Positions 16,520 to 24,500 of a stretch of DNA of 32,000 nt are shown one piece after another. The stretch comes from Candidatus Saccharimonadota bacterium (GTDB taxonomy: Bacteria > Patescibacteriota > Patescibacteriia > 2-12-FULL-60-25): positions 750,001-782,000 of the forward strand of contig OY970357.1 in assembly GCA_963718585.1 (NCBI GenBank). The letters run 5' to 3'. Made by a program: the position numbers and the translations under genes. Each line of letters begins with the position of its first letter. Within the stretch, counting starts at the first letter, position 1. The notes beneath the pieces are model-generated. The model searched no databases. It saw nothing but the letters and a program-made list of their open reading frames with translations, and was not told where the DNA came from.

Positions 16520-16600
16520 GCAAAATAAAAAAGGAAGGCTCTACTTCCCCATTCTCCGACGTCCGCTCTTCACTCCCGACACCCTACTCTCTCCTCCCCT

Positions 16601-17875
16601 TTAGGGGATGAATGACTTAAAGATCTTTTTGATCGGTGCCCCAAGCTTTGCCGCAAAATCACTTCCCTTATGAGACACCCCGCGCGCCGCATTCCCGATC
16701 GCGCCGTCATCGCGGCGCTCCGCCTCATATGCCCACAACACCAATCCGACCGCCGTGCTATACGAGAGGTCTTGGACGATCTCCGGCATGGAACTCGGGA
16801 CAGACATCCCGCCAAGCGCGACCGGCAATTTCATGACGCGCTTCGCCACGTCGGTCAAACCGGGCAGTTTCGCACCGCCGCCGGACAGGATCACGCCCGC
16901 CGGGAGCAGCCCTTCGCGATCGATCCGCTTCAACTCGCTCTCTGCCTTTTCGAACAACTCTTCCACGCGCGCCTCGATGATCTCGGCGATATACCGAAGC
17001 GGCACCATCTCGCTTTGATCCGCACCAAAATCCGCGAGGTCGATCTCATCCCCCCGCTTCGGCAACGTCTCCGCGACCGCAGTCCCGTACATCCGCTTGA
17101 TCCGCTCCGCGGCGTCGATCGAAACGCGCAATCCGATGGCGATGTCATTGGTGATGTGATCGGCACCGATCGGGATCGTACAGGCCCGCAGAAGCTCCCC
17201 GCCTTCGTAGATCGACATGCCGGTCGTCGCCGCACCGATGTTGAGCGAACAGACACCCAGCTCACGCTGTCGCGGCGAGGTCACGGCTTCCCCGGATGCC
17301 AATGGGGCGTAGACCAGCTCCGTGATATCCAGCCCGGTCCGAAAGACGGCCTTGGTCAGATTGCGCACATGGCTTGAGAGGCCTTGGATGATCAACGCGT
17401 CCACCTCCAGCCGGATCCCCTGCATGCCGATGGGGTCTTTGATCCCATACTGACCATCCACGCTGAAGCTGCGCGGCAAAACATGCAAGATCTCTTGATT
17501 CGCCGGATTGACGAACGCCCGTGCCGCCTCAAGCGCACGCGAGACATCTTCGACGCGGATCTCCCCGTCCGTCCGGGAAACCCCGATGACCCCCTTAGCC
17601 TCCTGCGATTTGACGCTGACACCCCCGATCCCGACCGTCGCCTCATGGATCGGCATTCCGAGCACCCGCTCCCCCTGCTCCAAACAAGCAGAGATCGCGC
17701 TGACCGCGTCTTCTAATGAAGAGATCGTTCCTTTGGCGATCCCCTGAGAGGGGACTTCCGTAGCACCGATGATCCCGAAGGTCGGCCGCCGTTCCGTATT
17801 CAAACCAACCTGGCCGACGGCCAGTCGGATGGCAGATGTCCCGATATCGAGACCGACGATGAGACGTTCTTTCAT
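16601..17875 (-). CDS. ftsA: Cell division protein FtsA (actin-like ATPase)
   Basis: MKERLIVGLDIGTSAIRLAVGQ...GIAKGTI...GGGAKLPGL. C-terminal amphipathic tail LGAPIKKIFKSFIP. The ATG at 17875 overlaps the dgkA stop (ATGA). The track start at 17908 is less likely. Confidence 0.95.
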   Translation of the reverse strand: MKERLIVGLDIGTSAIRLAVGQVGLNTERRPTFGIIGATEVPSQGIAKGTISSLEDAVSAISACLEQGERVLGMPIHEATVGIGGVSVKSQEAKGVIGVSRTDGEIRVEDVSRALEAARAFVNPANQEILHVLPRSFSVDGQYGIKDPIGMQGIRLEVDALIIQGLSSHVRNLTKAVFRTGLDITELVYAPLASGEAVTSPRQRELGVCSLNIGAATTGMSIYEGGELLRACTIPIGADHITNDIAIGLRVSIDAAERIKRMYGTAVAETLPKRGDEIDLADFGADQSEMVPLRYIAEIIEARVEELFEKAESELKRIDREGLLPAGVILSGGGAKLPGLTDVAKRVMKLPVALGGMSVPSSMPEIVQDLSYSTAVGLVLWAYEAERRDDGAIGNAARGVSHKGSDFAAKLGAPIKKIFKSFIP

Positions 17876-18246
17876 ACGCGACCGACGATGGCGCTCAGAT
17901 ACGGCCAAAGGATCAACGCCCCGATGACGGCGGCGAAGAGGGAGGAGAGGAGGACGGCAGCGGCCATGAGGTCTTTGATATCACGCACGGCCAAACTCAA
18001 CCTGGGTTTCACGAGGTCAACGAATCGCTCAACCATGCTGTTCAGCAATTCTAGCACGAGGACCGCGGCCATCGCCAGCAGGAGGACGACGCGCTCCCAA
18101 TCGCGGAACGGCAGGAGGAACAAAAGGATGCTGATCGCCAACGCAGCGGCGATCTGGAGACGAAAACTCCGTTCCGTTCGGAACGCCAATCGGAGCCCGC
18201 GCCATGCGTGCCCAAAACTGATGAACACACTTTTGATCATTTTCAT
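17872..18246 (-). CDS. dgkA: Diacylglycerol/undecaprenol kinase family membrane protein
   Basis: 124 aa, three helices. FGHAWRGLRLAFRTERSFRLQ and LELLNSMVE match prokaryotic DAGK motifs. ATGA overlap with ybeY. Confidence 0.9.
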   Translation of the reverse strand: MKMIKSVFISFGHAWRGLRLAFRTERSFRLQIAAALAISILLFLLPFRDWERVVLLLAMAAVLVLELLNSMVERFVDLVKPRLSLAVRDIKDLMAAAVLLSSLFAAVIGALILWPYLSAIVGRV

Positions 18247-18680
18247 AGATCCATGGTATCGACGACCGCCTCCTGCAGCGCGAACATCCGTTCCTCATCC
18301 TTTGCCGTGGCATGGTCATATCCAAAGAGGTGGAGCAGACCATGGACGAACATCCGGACCGTCTCTTCGCGCACGCCGATGGCCCGTCGCTGTGCTTCCG
18401 CACGCACGACCGTCGGAGCGATGACGATATCTCCCCAATGCCGCGGAAGGGATCGCGGCTGTGGCACGGATGGCGTAGAAAACGAGAGGACATCCGTTGG
18501 ACGGTCTTTGCCACGCCACGCCCGATTCAAGCGACGGATCTCCTTCGGGGTGACAAACGCCACATCAATGGTTCCCGTAGGGACACGACGAACTTTCTTG
18601 AATGTGAGGCGGGCGGCGCGAGGAAGATCATTCGGCCGAAGGGGGGCCGGACGGTTTCCACGGACAGACATCGTGATCAT
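18243..18680 (-). CDS. ybeY: rRNA maturation endoribonuclease YbeY
   Basis: 145 aa with the zinc-binding HGLLHLFGYDH motif. ATGA overlap with the upstream gene. Confidence 0.92.
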   Translation of the reverse strand: MITMSVRGNRPAPLRPNDLPRAARLTFKKVRRVPTGTIDVAFVTPKEIRRLNRAWRGKDRPTDVLSFSTPSVPQPRSLPRHWGDIVIAPTVVRAEAQRRAIGVREETVRMFVHGLLHLFGYDHATAKDEERMFALQEAVVDTMDL

Positions 18681-20023
18681 GGCGTCGTTCCGGTCGCCGA
18701 ACCGGTCGTGGTGCTCCCTGATGGGAAGACGGATTCCGGCTGAGCCACGACCCCGGTCGACGTCGCCCCTGGCTCAAAGGGAAGCGGCGTCGAACTTGCG
18801 GTCACATTCACCTGCGGAACACCCGTAAGCACCAGGGAATTCAGCATCATCGAATAGGTGGTGCGGTAATTGATGAATGTCTGTCCATCCATGTCATAGA
18901 CCATGGTGAAGACCTTATCCTCCCAGGGGAGATAGACCGTCAGCGAACCATCGCTGATGATCTCGATCCCCTCATACCCTTTTTTCGTGACGAACTTGAG
19001 GATCTGTGACTTCGGCGTATCCGGATGAGAGGCGAGATACCACTCAAGCACCGCCTGACGCGTCGGATCTTCCTCGATCGTCACATGGAATGTTTCTCCA
19101 TGGCCGGTGTCATAGGTCGCGGAACCGGCATTGCCCTGCGTCACCTTCCAAGACGACGGGACCTGCATGGACCAACCTGCTGGCGAGTTCACGACGGCCA
19201 CAAGCTTCGCCTCTAGGAGCGTCCCTGGGGCGCGGCCATTCGGGTTATAGAGATGGAACACTTCGTTTCCGTCCAAGAACCCATCCGCATCCGTATCCGG
19301 ATTCTGCGGATTCGTCCCGAACAGGGCTTCTTCAAGGTCCGTGAGGCCGTCAGAATCCGTATCCAAGCCCGCGGGCGGCAGCCTCGGCGTCTCTGGCGGT
19401 GGCGGAGGCGGCAACGGCACCGTCGCGCTCGCTACGTTCGATGAGGGAGAATCTCCCCCCTGGTTCACGGCAAAAACACGATATTCATAGGCCGTGCCGG
19501 ATTGGATCGCAGAATCGATGAACGTCGTGCTGTTCGGCGGCAATGCGGAGAGCGCGGAGAACGCCGTACCTCCTGCTGCGGCACGTTCGATGCGATATCC
19601 AGATTCGTTCGACGCGTTGTCCGTCCATCCCAGATTGACGGACTGCGGATTCGTTGAGGTCGCGGTCAAACCCGTCGGGGCGACCGGGGGTTCCGCTGTT
19701 TGCGGCGCAGGAGGCGTCGGTGTCGGCGTTGGTGTCGGAGCTGGTGCCGGCTGCGGGAAGAGCAACGCTTGATTGAAATAGACGAACGCTCCCCCACTAC
19801 CGAGGAGGAGGACCAGTACGATAAGGACGATCGGCAACACCATCGAACGCTTTGGCGGCGGCACGACCCCATTTGATGCTTCCGGCTTGGTCTCTGCCTC
19901 TTTGATATGCGCCTTCAAAGCCGCCCCGTAGAATTTCTCCGGGATGGTATGGATCTCTGGCTCGGCGCCGGGATTTTGTGGGGTGGGTTCGGTCGGGGCC
20001 GAGGTGGGCTTCATTTCAGGCAT
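18677..20023 (-). CDS. Bitopic surface protein: TM anchor, Pro/Thr linker, fibronectin type III domain, TSP3-type calcium-binding repeats, unknown C-terminal domain
   Basis: 448 aa. Anchor MVLPIVLIVLVLLLGSGGAFVYF. FN3: PTGLTATSTNPQSVNLGWTDNASNESGYRIERAAAGG...TAYEYRVFAVNQGGDS. DTDSDGLTDLEEALFGTNPQNPDTDADGFLDGNEV follows the DxDxDG pattern. The C-terminal ~170 aa are paralogous to the next gene. Confidence 0.8.
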   Translation of the reverse strand: MPEMKPTSAPTEPTPQNPGAEPEIHTIPEKFYGAALKAHIKEAETKPEASNGVVPPPKRSMVLPIVLIVLVLLLGSGGAFVYFNQALLFPQPAPAPTPTPTPTPPAPQTAEPPVAPTGLTATSTNPQSVNLGWTDNASNESGYRIERAAAGGTAFSALSALPPNSTTFIDSAIQSGTAYEYRVFAVNQGGDSPSSNVASATVPLPPPPPPETPRLPPAGLDTDSDGLTDLEEALFGTNPQNPDTDADGFLDGNEVFHLYNPNGRAPGTLLEAKLVAVVNSPAGWSMQVPSSWKVTQGNAGSATYDTGHGETFHVTIEEDPTRQAVLEWYLASHPDTPKSQILKFVTKKGYEGIEIISDGSLTVYLPWEDKVFTMVYDMDGQTFINYRTTYSMMLNSLVLTGVPQVNVTASSTPLPFEPGATSTGVVAQPESVFPSGSTTTGSATGTTP

Positions 20024-20027
20024 GGGA

Positions 20028-21155
20028 TCAAGGCGCGGCTACGCGGAGAGATTCCGCGATCAGTTCCGTGGACGCTCGGAAGTCATAGGCGGGTGCCCCG
20101 TTCAACTGATACGTGACCACGATGATTGTATCACCAGAGGCCAGATCGTACACGACATCCCCATTTTCATGCCTTGCGGCACGCAGACCGTTCTTCGTGG
20201 TCAGGAACGTCGCGGTCGCCGCATCGGTCCCCAACCACTGCTCCAGTGGCAACTGCGCGGTGTTTGGACGGACTTCCAAGGTCACGGTCGCTGCAGAACC
20301 GGTTTGAATGACCGCTTTCGACGGATCCTGTTGGTCCGCGGACAAGGTCCATGCACTCGGCATGAGGAACGTATGTCCGTTCCAGGACTGAACTTTGACC
20401 CCCGCGTCCTGCGTGATGCTCGCTCCGGCATGGGTCGGATCATACAAACCCGTCACTTCGCTTCCATCTGAATATCCGTCGCCGTCCGTATCCGGGTTCG
20501 TGACCGAAGTTCCATACAGCGCCTCCTCCACATCCGTAAGACCGTCCTGATCTTGATCCGTGCCTTCGATCGGTGCGGGCGGCGGAGGCGCGACCGCTGA
20601 CGGAATTTCTGTGGTATTCGTCGTCGGCTCCGGGATCCCCGGGGGCGGTTGTGTGACCGGCGCGGATGGAGTTGATGGTGCGGTCGGAACAATGGGCGTG
20701 GGTGACGGTGTCGTTGGGACCGTCGGAACGGTCGGCACGGTCGGCGAAGCAGAGGACGTGGTCGGAGACGTGGTCGCGGGTGCACGGACAAGGAAGAACC
20801 AGACAGCGAATCCGACTGCACCGACCAAAATGACCGCCCCAGCAACGAACAAGATGAACTTGAGTTGCGACGGCTTAGATCTCGCTGGCGGCTGCGCAGC
20901 CACTTGAGCACCCTGGGCATCTTCCGCCCCTAACTGAAGCCCGGAGAAGATATCCTCGGGTTCTTTTTTTCCCGTTGTCATTGGAGTCTGCGGAACGGGC
21001 TTCAATCCGCCACCCCGTCCTGCCGGCGCTTGCGGCGGCGTCGGGGCCGTCGGGGCTCCTTGCGGCGAAGAGGGTGCTGAAGGCTGCGAAGCGTTGCCCT
21101 GCCCTGTCGAAGGCGTGGGTTCCACGGGAAGATTGGCGGGTGCGTTGTCGAACAT
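20028..21155 (-). CDS. Bitopic surface protein, paralog of 18677..20023 (TM anchor, Pro/Thr linker, TSP3-type repeats, same C-terminal domain, no FN3)
   Basis: 375 aa. Anchor FILFVAGAVILVGAVGFAVWFFLV. DQDQDGLTDVEEALYGTSVTNPDTDGDGYSDGSEV. The C-terminal domain aligns with the 448-aa protein (MPSAWTL / VPSSWKV; LEQWL / LEWYL; TTKNG / TKKGY). Confidence 0.8.
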   Translation of the reverse strand: MFDNAPANLPVEPTPSTGQGNASQPSAPSSPQGAPTAPTPPQAPAGRGGGLKPVPQTPMTTGKKEPEDIFSGLQLGAEDAQGAQVAAQPPARSKPSQLKFILFVAGAVILVGAVGFAVWFFLVRAPATTSPTTSSASPTVPTVPTVPTTPSPTPIVPTAPSTPSAPVTQPPPGIPEPTTNTTEIPSAVAPPPPAPIEGTDQDQDGLTDVEEALYGTSVTNPDTDGDGYSDGSEVTGLYDPTHAGASITQDAGVKVQSWNGHTFLMPSAWTLSADQQDPSKAVIQTGSAATVTLEVRPNTAQLPLEQWLGTDAATATFLTTKNGLRAARHENGDVVYDLASGDTIIVVTYQLNGAPAYDFRASTELIAESLRVAAP

Positions 21156-21167
21156 ACGTATATCGGG

Positions 21168-21500
21168 TTAGGGGGTGGTTGAGGTCGGACGGAAGCCGCG
21201 ATGAGCATCTGCTTCCTGCGCCGCTTGGATCTGCTCTGGCGTCCATGTCGATTGGTAATCTGCCGGAAACTGTCCGGCGTTCTGCTTCTGCAGATCCCGT
21301 GCTGCTTGGATATCCGGCGTGATGTCATAGACAGACGTTGCTGAAGACGGTCCCCTGTTGGAGGCGGATGGGGCCGATGGTGAGCTCACGAGCGGGACCA
21401 ACGGCGTACCCGCGCGCCCCCGAAGAACGATGACCACGACGAACACGATGACGATGAACACCATGCTTCCGAGAATGATCCAAAGGACGCGTCGATTCAT
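21168..21500 (-). CDS. Small N-terminally anchored hypothetical protein
   Basis: 110 aa. MNRRVLWIILGSMVFIVIVFVVVIVLRG anchor, S/P linker, then a short polar domain. The ATG lies 6 nt after the giant gene stop. No family recognised. Confidence 0.6.
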   Translation of the reverse strand: MNRRVLWIILGSMVFIVIVFVVVIVLRGRAGTPLVPLVSSPSAPSASNRGPSSATSVYDITPDIQAARDLQKQNAGQFPADYQSTWTPEQIQAAQEADAHRGFRPTSTTP

Positions 21501-21506
21501 AGATGC

Positions 21507-24500
21507 TTACCAGTCATAGATACCATACTGTGTCTGCTGCGTCTTCGGGACGCACGTATTCAAGATATTGACCTGACCCGTCTCCCCGTTCTGCTGGAAC
21601 GGGATCCATGTGTGGTCATAACACGACGGCGTGAAGGACTGATGGCTGGTGAATGTCACGAGCTGGACCCGGAGTGACATGTCTTGGTAGTCCTTCAGAC
21701 TCCACGCTGACTTGAGGTCATTCAACCCGACCGTGAGATCGCCACTGAAATAGGGCGGAGAATATTTCAAGACTTCCGGCGCGGTCGTGAGGTGCGTACA
21801 CACATCACAGGAATCTCCCGAGTGATAGCAATATGCACGCGCATGCGGGAGCTTGGTCAGATCACGGAGACCGTTATGGTTCCAGAACACTTCCCCGAGA
21901 CACCCATTCCCAATGACCTGACCTCCCGTGCAGTCGCTGTACGAATAGACCTGATCAGAATCGATCGGCGGACCAGCAACATTCGAATTGGTCGGCTTCT
22001 TCACACAATAGGTGTCATAGCTCTTATCCTGATCGTAATTCGTCGGGCTCGCATAATCCGGGTTCACGTCTGTATGGAATTGACCGTATGCGACCTTTTT
22101 TCCATTTGCATCGGTGTATATCGGGAAACCAAGGTGAACATTGATGTCATTCCCTTGAAGATCTCCGTTCCACGTCACGACAACCAGGCTCTCATTCTTT
22201 GCGACGCGTGGCAGGAGGTAGATATATCCATCCGAATTCTTGATCCCCTGTGAGTGAAAAGTAGTGACCGTAAACGCATCACTCGTGTATGGCCAATACC
22301 CGCCATTGAGAGATTCATCCACATTCCCGACGAAGTTGTTCCATGTCGTCCCATCACAGGATGGACGGTCTCCATTGTTGTCCACGGCGGTACACGTATT
22401 ATCCTGATACATGTCGACCACGATCTTATAGCTGTTACAGGCCGGATTCGTGTTCAGCGTGGAGAACGTGAATACGCCGTCATTGTCCGTATACGTCTCG
22501 TCGACTTTGACGCCCTTCGAGAGGAGGGTGACGCGTGCGCCCGGAACTGGCTGATTCGCGTACACGGCATCATGGATCTTACCCGTGATCACACCCTTGC
22601 CCGGGACATCGCTACACTTCGCGCAATTCTGGAATCCGCATCCGGCACTGCAGGCGACGATATCTGCGGACGTATCGACCGAGACCCCGTACTGCGGTCC
22701 TTTTTCATACACACACTTCCAGAAATCATTCGCAGACGGAAGCGGGTCTGCAAATGAAAGCTTGCTCTCAGCGCCTAGGCCCGGCTGGCCCGTGACCTGA
22801 CAGGTCATCCCAAGACAATCACGGTACATCGCATATTGGTACCATGTGAGCGCCTGATACGGTGCACAATTGTAACCAGCCGAATAAAACTGTGTCCGCT
22901 GATCCTCCGCCTGGATCGCCGCCTCCGTCTGCGGCGTCTTCGGACCCACGATCTCCGGATACAATCCGTTGATCGAATAGTCATAGCCGAGCTTGGTACA
23001 CGAGATGCCGGGTTCGGATGTTTGCACACAGGGGCTTTGCGTGCAGTTCGACTGGACCGCCACTGCGACGCCAGCCGGCGCACCGGACGGGACCGGGTTC
23101 GTCGAATGGATCACGCTCAAGCACTTCGCTCCAGCGCCACACTCCGCGTCCGACGCACAGGGCTGACCTTTTTTCGCACCCGAGGAACAAAACGTCCCCG
23201 CTGGCTGATTCCCATCACACTGCTCCGGTCCTTCCTTGATCCCGTTTCCGCAGTACCCACCGGCACTCGCGAGGAATTTACAGGACGTCGAGCAGGAAAG
23301 ACAGCTGGAATTGTAATCAGCGGAACACGTCACCTTCCCGTTGTCCGCACCCGCGTCACATTCTTCGACACCGATATTCACCTTCCCATCGCCGCAAATA
23401 TTCTTCTTACACGACGTCGTACAGGCCTTCGTGTCCCCATTATCCTTCCCGTTGTCACATTCCTCTCCCGAATCCTGGACCCCATCGCCACAGATCCCCT
23501 TTGCGACACACCCGCTCCAACCCGTCCCACTCCCGGCCCATTTACACGCATTCGTCGTTCCCGGCGCATTACATGTCCGGACATGGTGCGTATCTCGTGT
23601 GATCCCACCCACGACCACAGTCACTCCGACGCATGAATTGGTCGTGCCCGTCCCGCCGCACTTGGCATTGCTCCCCCCACAGTCCGCATCCGTCGTACAT
23701 GGCTGACCGAGATTCGAACCCGCGGAACAGATCGCGCCATCGTTCGCCTGTGTATTTCCGTCACATTCTTCCGGCGGGCTGATGAGTCCATCGCCGCAAT
23801 AAGGTCCCGGGCCTTTGCAATCCAAACTGCACGAGCCGGCGTACTTGCCGTTGAAATCGGTCTTTGTCTGATCATTGCCCACATCGCACACCTCACCTGG
23901 ACTCAACTTTCCATCTCCGCAAAAACCGGAATACCCGTTACATGACGTATTGCAGTGTCCATATGTGCCATTCAACGCTCCATCATCGCACGTCTCCGCC
24001 TTCTGACAGGTCTCACCAGATGCGCAGTCTCCGTCCGTCAAACAGCCGAGCTTGGAACCGCTGCACTGCTTATCCACGCGGGCATTCCCGCAATGCACAT
24101 CCGGAATACAATCCGGGTGCTGGGGATCATCCGAGAACGACTGACATGCGTTGCACGTCTGCTGGCGATGCCCGGGCTCTCCATTCACGGTCGTGCATTG
24201 GACGTTCTGCGTCTGACCGATCTCGCAGACCTCGCCCGCATTCAGCACTCCGTCACCACAGATCCCCGCTTCGGCATACGTTCCAGATTTACAGATGTTC
24301 GTGTAGTTGAACGTTCCGCCGAACTGACGACAGGATCCGGAGACCACCGGAATGTTCTGACACGATCCAGACGTCCCGCCGCAATCCGCATCTGATGAAC
24401 AGAAGGTCGGACTATTCTTGCACTGTTTACAGACATTCGGATTGGGACACGGCCGGCACAAGGCATCATCCCCCGTCCCGTTCGCTCCGGCGCAGAACTG

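Noticed and set aside
15973-16611. 212-aa + strand ORF
   Set aside because: It is antisense to ftsZ and the ftsA-ftsZ spacer, with no coding signature.
21510-22600. Possible diversity-generating retroelement target at the C-terminus of the giant protein
   Set aside because: There is no reverse transcriptase ORF in the window. I could see no template/variable repeat pair, and the C-terminus lacks the C-type-lectin-like VR signature (GGSW...R-x-A-x-R...GFR). A DGR elsewhere in the genome cannot be excluded.
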